From assembly GCA_902727985.1 (NCBI GenBank), contig CACVAY010000103.1, positions 11,086-75,085 of the forward strand: a stretch of DNA of 64,000 bases, read 5' to 3'. The position numbers and the translations under genes are program-made. Source of the DNA: an uncultured Thiotrichaceae bacterium (GTDB lineage: Bacteria > Pseudomonadota > Gammaproteobacteria > Thiotrichales > Thiotrichaceae). Each line of letters begins with the position of its first letter. Position 1 is the stretch's first letter. Of this stretch, positions 20,768 to 29,748 are shown piece after piece. Under the pieces are notes generated by a model. It saw only the letters and a program-made list of their open reading frames with translations. It was not told the origin of the DNA and searched no databases.

Positions 20768-22084
20768 ATGATGAGTCAAAAGCAGCCTATGGCTTATATC
20801 ATTCTGATAGCCTTTTTCATACATCTTGTTTTTCTTAGTTATCTGAATAATTTCAATGTGGCTGGTTTGCCATTGCGCTCTTTCTTCGTCATCTTTTGTG
20901 GAGGGTTGGTGCTGTTGCAAGGAAGTTCTTATGTTACAGATTTAAAGCTTTTGAACATTAGTTATGCGTTGCTATCCATGTTGGGATTGTTGGTCTCGGT
21001 TATTAATCAAATTGATAATGGGGTTATTTTTGCTGGATTATTTAGGCTTTTGCAGTCCTACCTGGTGATAGTTTCCGGTTATTACTTATTGGTGAATTTT
21101 GGTTATAAGGTCATTCCTTATACTGTATTAGCCGTGGCGGTGCCGTCTGCGGTTGTGGGTATTCTACAGGCGATGGGGATGGACTTTGCCTGGCAGATTC
21201 GTGAAATGTTGGGGGCAGTTCAAAACACAGCTATCAGCCATGAAATAACGGAGGTCTTTGTGAATAATCGATCTCGTCCTCCTGGGCTTTTGTTATTTGC
21301 AATACCTCAGACCTATCTGCTTTTAACTGCACTTGCAATGTCTTTGTTTTTGTACATTAGAGCCTATGAAAGGGGAGAGGATACACATACATTTTTGTTT
21401 TTAACCACTGTGGTTTTTGTAGGATGTGTGTCATCAGAAACACGTTCTGCTATTGGTGCTGCCGCTATTCTCATCTTGCTGACATTTTGGCGAGTGAATT
21501 TTACCTTGCTTGCCGGAGCAGGAATTGCCATGACGATGGTGCTGATGGGGTCTCAAATTTACTCAGCTCAACTTCCCGTTAAAACAGATGCCGAAACTCG
21601 GGTGCTAAGTTTCACAGATGATTCAGCGAAGGGGCGAATGACACTGTACAAGTATGGCACCGAGTTAGTATTACAGAGCCCATTGGGCTATGGGTATGGA
21701 TTTAATTCGAAAGAGGTTGCGCCTGAGTATTTTTCGAATGAAAAAAATATTTTTGAATATGCGCCGACTGCTAAAGTGCAGTATTTAACAGAAGTACATA
21801 ATGCTTTATTAAATATTACTCATATTTATGGAGTTATTGGTTTAGCTATTTTTGTTATTTTCGTCTATCAGTTAAGTGTGGTTAGGTGGTTTTTTACTTT
21901 TGTCTTGGTTGGATATCTTCTCAACGCCTTTTTTCATAATAATGGCATCATGCTAGGAGATCTGTATTTTGATTTCTTCATATCAATGATTCTTTACTAT
22001 AAATATTATGTTAATAGACTTATAGAGTGTCAACCAGCAACCCCCAAAGTCGATCACTCATTGAAATATGCTGTACACATGTAA
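20768..22084 (+). CDS. Second Wzy/O-antigen ligase-like membrane protein
   Basis: Multi-TM protein with SETRSA, SAKGR, PLGYGYG and VHN (Wzy_C-like). Confidence 0.8.
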   Translation: MMSQKQPMAYIILIAFFIHLVFLSYLNNFNVAGLPLRSFFVIFCGGLVLLQGSSYVTDLKLLNISYALLSMLGLLVSVINQIDNGVIFAGLFRLLQSYLVIVSGYYLLVNFGYKVIPYTVLAVAVPSAVVGILQAMGMDFAWQIREMLGAVQNTAISHEITEVFVNNRSRPPGLLLFAIPQTYLLLTALAMSLFLYIRAYERGEDTHTFLFLTTVVFVGCVSSETRSAIGAAAILILLTFWRVNFTLLAGAGIAMTMVLMGSQIYSAQLPVKTDAETRVLSFTDDSAKGRMTLYKYGTELVLQSPLGYGYGFNSKEVAPEYFSNEKNIFEYAPTAKVQYLTEVHNALLNITHIYGVIGLAIFVIFVYQLSVVRWFFTFVLVGYLLNAFFHNNGIMLGDLYFDFFISMILYYKYYVNRLIECQPATPKVDHSLKYAVHM

Positions 22085-22489
22085 TTTCTCACCGAGGCAT
22101 ATTCAGTTTACCTTGCCCTCATATCTTCCCTTGCTCCTTTTTTCTATTTTTTTCATCTGAACAAGGTGCACAGAGTGGAAGGTGCCCTTGTCAAGATTTT
22201 TAATCACCCAATGATAACTACCGCTTATCGTGTCTCAAGACCTTTTATCAAGCTGTCAAATATCTATAGCCATTGGAATTCTTCGTGCTGTCATAAGCGT
22301 TTTTTGAAAATTATAGTGTTCTTAATCAACGCTAATTATCTCGAGCACGGATGAGTTTTTTGTAGATCGAGTGTACTAAAAGATACACGAATCTCTTTGC
22401 ACCAGATACATCTGTATCAAGCATCATGCGATTACGAAAAAACAGGATTTAGCTTTTAAAAACTCAAAAGAACAATAAAGAGAAAGATT

Positions 22490-24739
22490 ATGTCGCAAAC
22501 TGTTCCAGTTATTGCAGCTCAAAGCGAACCCGTTTTAGAAACATTGGCAATCCCACAATCTCCTTCATCTGATCAAAAGTATTCCTATGATAGAGGCATG
22601 GGGTTCAAAGATTATCTGAAGAACATGAGTCGTCATAAGATGATCATTGTTGTTTTGTCTCTAATGGGGTTGTTGGTTGGTTATTTTCTTAGTCAAGTGA
22701 TAAAAGATCAATACACGGCTGTGGCAACCATCAAAATTGATGCGGAACCTGTGCAAATTCTGGATTATGGCATTGATGTGCATCAGAAAAAATCGATGAT
22801 CAATAATGCGATCTTCTTTCAAACGCAGTACAAGCTGTTACGCAGTAAAAAACTGGCAAAGCGTGTTATCGAAGATTTAAGTTTGGAAAGCTATCTTCAG
22901 TCGCAAAGTAAGCTTACCCCTGGAGCAACTGATGTGTTGGAGCGCTTTAAAGAGGAGGTGGTTGCTTTACGCGATCAGTTTTTCACAACCAAGCCTAAGC
23001 AGATCGTTCCTGTTCAATTAGAAAATATTTTCTTAGAAAGCCTCACTATTCGCCCACTGAAAGATTCACAGATTGTGGAAGTGACGTTTCAATCTAACGA
23101 TGAGCAGTTGTCGATTGATGTTGTGAACGGTTTTATCAAAAACTTTATGGAACAACGCGCAGAGATACACAGAGTCTCAGCAGATAGGGCAGCGACGTTC
23201 TTAAGAAATGAATTGTTAACCGCAAGAGGCCGTTTACAAGAGTCGGAGGAGGAGTTATTAACGTACGCAAAGCAAAATAATATCATTGATACGAAAGGTG
23301 ATCGATCGATCATTGCTCAGAGCTTAGAGGATTTAAGTGCGGCTTATATCAAAGCCAAGCAACAAAGAATAATGGCTGAAAGTGTCTACGCCGAGCAGCG
23401 TGAGGCGGCTGGTGATCTTTATGCCGCTGATAGCAATCTGATATCTGATCTTAAGGAGCGCGTCTCTGCAGTATCCGTAAACTATACCGAAAAGCTTAAG
23501 ACCTATAAGCCAGATTATCCTGAAATGCTAGCTTTAAGATCACAAATCAATGAGTTGAATAAGCAAATTTCTGCAGAAAGAGGTCGGGCTAAACGTTCTG
23601 TGGCAAATGATATGAAAGCTTCTTTTCAATCTTCACTACAGCAGGAACGTAGATTGAACAGTGAAATTCTTTCCTATGAAAAGCAGCTACTGAATTTTGA
23701 AGATCGGAATTTGCAATATACGAATCTTCAACGAGAAACAGAAACTAATCGTGTTCATTACGAAGGGCTATTACAACGACTAAAAGAAGTTACCGTTGTT
23801 GGAAGTTCGAGCAATGAAAGCATCGATATTATTGATGATGCATATCCATCTGTACGTCCTTCCTCCAAAAGAAGCCTTTTAAATGCACTTCTTGGAATGA
23901 TTGTGGGTCTGTTTGCAGGTGCAGGTCTTGCGCTGTTAAAAAGTCTTATGAATCAACGGGTTCAGTCTCTTGAGGATTTGCAGGATATGCAACTTCCTTA
24001 TCATATATTAACAGCATTGCCAAAAGTAAAGCACCCAAAGAAAAATAATATTCCATTGCTTGCAGCAAATAAGCCTAACTCCTCAATGGCTGAGTCTATT
24101 CGTTATCTCTATGCCAATTTGACGATGGGTAATACACAGAAGATCCCACGTGTTTTATTAATTACTAGCTCAATCCCCGGAGAAGGAAAGTCAAGTACGG
24201 TTATTAATTTGGCGAGCATGTTGGCAAAAAATGGGAAGCGAGTATTGATTATTGATGGAGATTTGCGGAAACCAACCATTCATAAGCATCTTAGGGTTGA
24301 TAACAGTGAGGGTTTGAGTAATTACCTGGCTGGTTTAAGCGCTAAATTACCGCTTAAAAAAGTTGCCAGCAAATCCCCTTTATTTGTTATTCCTGCTGGC
24401 CCAATGGTTTCGGATCCTGTTGGCATACTTTCAACACAAAAGATGATTGATTTATGCGCGACATTACGCGATTCATTTGATCAAGTGATTATTGATTCTC
24501 CTCCAGTATTAGGTATGGCAGATGCGTTGGTCTTATCAAATAGATCAGATGCAACATTATTTGTTGTGTCAAATGATAAACCCAGTAAAAAAGATATTCA
24601 TTCAGCATTAAGAAACCTGGAAAAAGGTTTTGCAAATATTGTTGGCATCGCCTTTTCCAAAGAAAAGAGCTCTCGTCATAATCAATATTATAAAAACAAT
24701 AGCTATTCAGACGGGCGCTCTCATCTTGTATTGTCATAA
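22490..24739 (+). CDS. wzc: Polysaccharide co-polymerase / BY-kinase (Wzc/GumC type)
   Basis: Two TM segments flank a periplasmic coiled coil; Walker A PGEGKS, A' DGDLRKP, B IIDSPP; short Tyr tail. Confidence 0.92.
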   Translation: MSQTVPVIAAQSEPVLETLAIPQSPSSDQKYSYDRGMGFKDYLKNMSRHKMIIVVLSLMGLLVGYFLSQVIKDQYTAVATIKIDAEPVQILDYGIDVHQKKSMINNAIFFQTQYKLLRSKKLAKRVIEDLSLESYLQSQSKLTPGATDVLERFKEEVVALRDQFFTTKPKQIVPVQLENIFLESLTIRPLKDSQIVEVTFQSNDEQLSIDVVNGFIKNFMEQRAEIHRVSADRAATFLRNELLTARGRLQESEEELLTYAKQNNIIDTKGDRSIIAQSLEDLSAAYIKAKQQRIMAESVYAEQREAAGDLYAADSNLISDLKERVSAVSVNYTEKLKTYKPDYPEMLALRSQINELNKQISAERGRAKRSVANDMKASFQSSLQQERRLNSEILSYEKQLLNFEDRNLQYTNLQRETETNRVHYEGLLQRLKEVTVVGSSSNESIDIIDDAYPSVRPSSKRSLLNALLGMIVGLFAGAGLALLKSLMNQRVQSLEDLQDMQLPYHILTALPKVKHPKKNNIPLLAANKPNSSMAESIRYLYANLTMGNTQKIPRVLLITSSIPGEGKSSTVINLASMLAKNGKRVLIIDGDLRKPTIHKHLRVDNSEGLSNYLAGLSAKLPLKKVASKSPLFVIPAGPMVSDPVGILSTQKMIDLCATLRDSFDQVIIDSPPVLGMADALVLSNRSDATLFVVSNDKPSKKDIHSALRNLEKGFANIVGIAFSKEKSSRHNQYYKNNSYSDGRSHLVLS

Positions 24740-24823
24740 AGAATAGTTTTCTCGATAAAAACTAGTTAAAACTTTAATCATATGCAAGAAATATAAACAT
24801 ATTTAAATTCAGGTTTACATCAT

Positions 24824-25960
24824 ATGAAGAAAAAAATAGCAATATTAGGTGCGCGAGGAATTCCAGGAAATTACGGTGGATTTGAAACGTTTGCTGAAGA
24901 GCTAGCAGTTAGACTGGTTACTAGAGGTTATGAGGTGACGGTTTTTTGTGAGAAAAACACTGATATGCCAACCTCTTATAAAGGTGTAAACCTGAAATAT
25001 GTAATGGCCCCAAGTTTAGGCCCATTGAAGACCATTATTTATGATGTGGTTAGTATGGTTAAAGCAAGAAAAGAATATGATATTGTTTATATGTTGGGTT
25101 ATGGGGCAAGTTTCTCATGTTTCATTCCTCGAATTTATGGTAATGAAGTTTGGATAAATATGGATGGCATTGAGTGGAAGAGAAGTAAATGGAATAAATT
25201 AGCTAAACTTTGGTTTATGGTCATGGAAAGGATTGCGATAACGACGGCTAGTAAGATAGTGGCTGATGCACAATCCATACTCACACATTTAGAAGCACGA
25301 TATAAAAGCCTGCCAAATAGTTCAGTTATAGCCTATGGCGCACCTGCTCTTAGAGAGAAACCACATGAAGAGTTGTTATCAGAGTGGGGCTTGGCAAAGG
25401 AAAAGTATTATATCTTGGTGGGTCGATTAGAGCCAGAGAATCATATACTTGAGATATTAGAAGGCTTCAAGCAGTCAAACACAAAGATGAAGTTGATTGT
25501 TTTGGGAGACCATAAGGCTAAGAACAGTTATGTTGAGAAATTAATAACTATTAAGGATGAACGAATTCATTTAATCGGTACAGTTTTTGATAGCTGTAAA
25601 TTGGAGGCCCTACGGTATTATTCGATCGCATATTTTCACGGCCATTCAGTTGGAGGAACTAACCCATCACTTTTGGAAGCTCTCGGTTGTAGTAATCCAG
25701 TTATTGCTCACGACAATGTTTTCAATCGCGAAGTGGCTAGAGATGCAGCGGTATATTTTGAGAACAATGAAAGTATACCTAAGTTGATCAATGAGATTGA
25801 AAATGATGTGGGTAAGCGTGAAAGAATGGGGGAGAAAGGTTTGGGTATCATATCTAACTTTTATACGTGGGATATCATTGTAGATAAATATGTTGCATTA
25901 ATGGGGGATGATGAAAATTATGTGGAAAGAAATGCTGAGATAAAAATATCTAAAGGTTAA
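24824..25960 (+). CDS. GT4 glycosyltransferase (DUF1972/WchF-like)
   Basis: Motifs GARGIPGNYGGFETFAE, NMDGIEWKRSKW, GRLEPEN and HGHSVGGTNPSLLEA. Confidence 0.9.
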   Translation: MKKKIAILGARGIPGNYGGFETFAEELAVRLVTRGYEVTVFCEKNTDMPTSYKGVNLKYVMAPSLGPLKTIIYDVVSMVKARKEYDIVYMLGYGASFSCFIPRIYGNEVWINMDGIEWKRSKWNKLAKLWFMVMERIAITTASKIVADAQSILTHLEARYKSLPNSSVIAYGAPALREKPHEELLSEWGLAKEKYYILVGRLEPENHILEILEGFKQSNTKMKLIVLGDHKAKNSYVEKLITIKDERIHLIGTVFDSCKLEALRYYSIAYFHGHSVGGTNPSLLEALGCSNPVIAHDNVFNREVARDAAVYFENNESIPKLINEIENDVGKRERMGEKGLGIISNFYTWDIIVDKYVALMGDDENYVERNAEIKISKG

Positions 25961-25988
25961 TTTTCCAAAAATATAAATAGGTTTATAT

Positions 25989-27011
25989 ATGCGTGTTTTA
26001 TTCGTTACGAACGGTTATCCCACTGAGGATCATCCTGAATATTGTGTTTTCAATAAAGAGCAGGTGTCTTCTATAGAAAAAAGAGGCGTTGAAGTTGATG
26101 TTATATTCATTAACGCACGAGATTATGGTAGGTCTGAGTATGTAAAGGCAATTAAAATAATTAAAGATAAATCTAAAAATGCTGACCTAATACATTGCTT
26201 TCATGGCTTGTCGTACCTTATTACATTACTCTCTGTTGGTAAAAAAGTGCCTTTAGTAGTATCTTTCCTCAATGCCATCGAAAATGAATATATAGAGTTT
26301 CCTAAGCCGGTGTCACAAATATGTAGTGTGATAACGAAAATGTTGGTTAAGAAAAATATAGGAATGATTTTTAAGGATCGTGTTCCTATCTGGGCAAAAA
26401 CTAATAGCTTAGCCAAAAATATTCCCAATGGAGTGAATATTGAACAGTTTTTCCCACTGAAAAGGTCTGAGGCAATACAGGCCCTAAACCTTGATAGTAG
26501 TAAAAGGTATGTACTTTTTGTCAGTTCTAAAGACAAATTTAGAAGACAAAAACGGTATGATATGTTCACTTTGGTACTTAAGAACTTAAAAGCTGATCAA
26601 GCATTTTCCGATGTGGAAGAGTTATGCTTAGTCAATGAAACGAGAGATCGGGTACCATTGTATTTCAATAGTGCCTCTGTGCATCTTTTAACATCGGATT
26701 TTGAGGGGTCGCCAAACTCTGTTAAAGAAAGCATGGCTTGCAATACTCCTGTTGTTTCCACGAATGTTGGAAATGTGAAAGAGATGTTTCAAGGAGGGGA
26801 GGCAGGGTGCGAATTCGTTAATGTTGGTGATGTTGATGCATTAACCGAGTCTCTCAAAAATACCTTGGGAAGCTCTGAGCGTATCGATTTGTTGAGTGTA
26901 TTAAAAAATAATGACTTAGATTCAGTAAGTTCGGCACAGGCTGTATGTCAGTTATATAGCGAAGTGTTGTCCAATTTCGCCACATCGAATAAATTTTTAT
27001 CTACCCCGTAA
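25989..27011 (+). CDS. GT4 glycosyltransferase
   Basis: Motifs IPNGVN and EGSPNSVKE (EX7E), followed by PVVSTNVG. Confidence 0.9.
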   Translation: MRVLFVTNGYPTEDHPEYCVFNKEQVSSIEKRGVEVDVIFINARDYGRSEYVKAIKIIKDKSKNADLIHCFHGLSYLITLLSVGKKVPLVVSFLNAIENEYIEFPKPVSQICSVITKMLVKKNIGMIFKDRVPIWAKTNSLAKNIPNGVNIEQFFPLKRSEAIQALNLDSSKRYVLFVSSKDKFRRQKRYDMFTLVLKNLKADQAFSDVEELCLVNETRDRVPLYFNSASVHLLTSDFEGSPNSVKESMACNTPVVSTNVGNVKEMFQGGEAGCEFVNVGDVDALTESLKNTLGSSERIDLLSVLKNNDLDSVSSAQAVCQLYSEVLSNFATSNKFLSTP

Positions 27012-27110
27012 GAAGCCATCAGTTACCGTTCTAAGTGATTGAAGGAAGGAGTGTATAGGTTTTGCGAGTGAAATGATTTCACTTCTACCTTTCGTCATTT
27101 AAGGAATCCG

Positions 27111-28109
27111 ATGAAAGTCACAAGGCTGTTAGAATTAGATGCATTGAGAGGGTTAGCCGCCTTGGCTGTAGTTTTTTATCACTATTTCTATAGGTACGAC
27201 ACTCTTTATCAGCATGATGACAATATTGCTGTGAAATGGGCGCAGTTTGGGCACTTTGGCGTAGAACTCTTTTTCATGGTGAGTGGATTCGTCATTTTTT
27301 GGACATTGCATAGGGTAAAAGCACCTCTCGATTTTATTGTATCCAGGTTTTCAAGGCTCTACCCAACGTATTGGGTATCCCTTGCCTTCACCTACATGAT
27401 TATCAGTGTATTTGGTTTGTCAGGAAGAGAAGTGCCTCTGACAGAGGCTCTAGGCAATATGTTGATGTTTCATCAGTATTTAGGTATTGAGCATGTTGAT
27501 GGGGTGTATTGGACATTAACCGTCGAATTAACGTTCTATTTTTGGGTTTTTTGCCTGTTTCTGATGAATAGTTTGAGTAAAGTGGAGTATGTATTTATTA
27601 CCATGGTGGGGTTTTCTGTACTTGATGGTTTAGGATATTTGAATATTCCAAAGCCAGTTTATGCGGCCTTTATTTTGAAATATATTTCTTTTTTCTTGGC
27701 AGGAATATGTTTTTATAAAATTACTCATGATATGAAGGCGAATAAAACATGGGTGATTCTGGGAATGTCACTTTTATCGACGATTGCTGTATATTCGTAT
27801 GGCGAGTTTTTACTGTTTTGTTTTTTTTATATTATTTTTTATTTAGCATCTTCAGGGAATTTACGATTTTTAACGTATAAGCCACTTGTCCTTCTAGGGA
27901 GCATCTCGTATCCCTTATACCTCATACATCAAAACCTGGGCTATGTTGTTATTAATGCTTTCTATCAATTTAAGTGGCATCCGTTGGCGGGGATTCTACT
28001 AGCACTAGTACTGTCAGTTATTGTTGCCTATGTGTTGGCCAGGTTTGTTGAGAAGCCTGCAGTGGCATCTATCCGTCAGTTTTATAGAGACTGGAAAACA
28101 ATAAGATAG
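27111..28109 (+). CDS. Acyltransferase family 3
   Basis: Motifs LDALRGLAALAVVFYH, GVELFFMVSGF, RFSRLYP and ISYPLYLIH. Confidence 0.93.
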   Translation: MKVTRLLELDALRGLAALAVVFYHYFYRYDTLYQHDDNIAVKWAQFGHFGVELFFMVSGFVIFWTLHRVKAPLDFIVSRFSRLYPTYWVSLAFTYMIISVFGLSGREVPLTEALGNMLMFHQYLGIEHVDGVYWTLTVELTFYFWVFCLFLMNSLSKVEYVFITMVGFSVLDGLGYLNIPKPVYAAFILKYISFFLAGICFYKITHDMKANKTWVILGMSLLSTIAVYSYGEFLLFCFFYIIFYLASSGNLRFLTYKPLVLLGSISYPLYLIHQNLGYVVINAFYQFKWHPLAGILLALVLSVIVAYVLARFVEKPAVASIRQFYRDWKTIR

Positions 28110-28217
28110 TAGTGAAGGGAAAAAGCTTTAATCAGATAAAGTAGTCAATATCAATCAGTCAATAAAAAAATCATCATATTCTGATGGTGGGCAATTTGGG
28201 TCTAAACACAATGAGTC

Positions 28218-29741
28218 ATGAATAATATATTAGAAGCGCTGAATAAACAGACGACAAGAAACCAAGAGATGATAGTTTTTCTATTGTATCTGTGTTGTGT
28301 GCTGACTATTGCGGGTCATCACGAGGCATGGAGAGATGAAGCGCAAGCATGGTTGCTTTCAAGGGATTTGTCTTTTTTTCAGCTGATAAACCATATCAGC
28401 TATGAGGGAACACCGGCTTTGTGGCATTTAATATTAATGCTATTTTCCAAGACGGGATTCCCATATGAAACGATAAAGTATATCAATATTACTATTATTG
28501 CTTTTTCAGCATTTGTTTTTCTAAGATTTTCTCCCTTCACATTATTGACAAAAACCTTATTCATCTTTTCTTATTATATGGCATGGGAGTACTCAATTAT
28601 AGCGAGAAGTTATAGTGTTTCTATTGCTATCATTTTTTCTATTGCTGGATTTTATCATCTTCGATTTACACGTCCTATTGTCTATGCGCTATTAGTTTTT
28701 GTTTTATTTAACACTAATGCACATAGTTTCTCTCTAGCAGCCGCGATAGGTTTGTTATATCTATATGAGTCAAAAGATAATGAGAGTCTTGGGTGGGGTT
28801 TTCTAATATCCGTGTCTATCATGGCTTGCGGGGCTTTCTTAGCACTTTATCAGCTTATTCCTAATATTGATAATATGCATGACTGGAAGCTGAATATCTT
28901 TGCTCCCCCCATTGCTTTAATGAATGCTTTCTTCCCAGTGACCAGCTATCTGGAGGAGCAATTAGCTCATAAGCTCTATCTGACTCCTCTAGCTTTTATA
29001 GCGTTTCTGACTTTTCTGTATTTTATTTTATATCTACAAGCTAATTACCGTAACTTGTTTTTTTTGTACACATTCTTTGTTTTTGGAATGATAAGTATTT
29101 TCTTGTTCAAAAATTTTGGTACCTACCGCCATCATGGGTTTATTCTGATCATCCTGATTTTTGTTTTATGGGTGTCAAAAAACTACAAGAAAAAGAAGGA
29201 GGAAGATCATAATACTTTAGATCGATACTTCTCAAAAGGGTCTATTCCGTTTAAAAAAAGAACCGCGACTCTTTTGTTGAATATTGTCCTTGGGTTTTCC
29301 TTAATGGGGAGTGCAGTAATGTACTACAAAGAATATACGGGCTCATTCTCTGGTTCGAAAAAAATGGCGGAACTCGTCATTGATAATGGCTTTGAAGAAC
29401 GAGTGATTGTAGCCAGTTCATCACAAATTATGAGTAGTCTGTTACCGTATTTACCTAATACTACATTTTGGTATCCCGATGCTCAAAGGTTTGGAACCTA
29501 TATCGTTTGGACGCATGGCTATAAAAGTAATCGAAATCTTCCATTCGAAGAAGTAGAACGACGCGCAAAATCCGCAGGTGTCCTGAACAAGTCGACCTTG
29601 GTTCTACTCAGTAGGCCTATGCCTGACTCCTACTTGGCTCATTATCAGTTAGTCAATAAGTCAGATGAGGGGGTATTTGGAGCACTTGATGAGACGTATT
29701 ATTTGTACAAGGCTAAACAAGTTGGCGCTTTTGCCGAGTAG
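28218..29741 (+). CDS. Multi-TM protein, possibly a GT-C fold glycosyltransferase
   Basis: WRDEAQ acidic motif after TM1, then EGTPALW, ARSYS, about 11 TM segments and a soluble C-terminal domain. Confidence 0.6.
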   Translation: MNNILEALNKQTTRNQEMIVFLLYLCCVLTIAGHHEAWRDEAQAWLLSRDLSFFQLINHISYEGTPALWHLILMLFSKTGFPYETIKYINITIIAFSAFVFLRFSPFTLLTKTLFIFSYYMAWEYSIIARSYSVSIAIIFSIAGFYHLRFTRPIVYALLVFVLFNTNAHSFSLAAAIGLLYLYESKDNESLGWGFLISVSIMACGAFLALYQLIPNIDNMHDWKLNIFAPPIALMNAFFPVTSYLEEQLAHKLYLTPLAFIAFLTFLYFILYLQANYRNLFFLYTFFVFGMISIFLFKNFGTYRHHGFILIILIFVLWVSKNYKKKKEEDHNTLDRYFSKGSIPFKKRTATLLLNIVLGFSLMGSAVMYYKEYTGSFSGSKKMAELVIDNGFEERVIVASSSQIMSSLLPYLPNTTFWYPDAQRFGTYIVWTHGYKSNRNLPFEEVERRAKSAGVLNKSTLVLLSRPMPDSYLAHYQLVNKSDEGVFGALDETYYLYKAKQVGAFAE

Positions 29742-29748
29742 TTGTTGA

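Noticed and set aside
22217..22226. ops/JUMPstart-like AGCGGTAG near wzc
   Set aside because: It is an imperfect match and lies on the strand opposite to wzc.
22405..22418. GATACA-tc-TGTATC palindrome upstream of wzc
   Set aside because: The arms are only 6 bp and match no regulator I can name.
27821..27828. T8 tract in the acyltransferase as a phase-variation site
   Set aside because: Such runs are expected in Phe-rich TM coding sequence of an AT-rich gene, and it is in frame.
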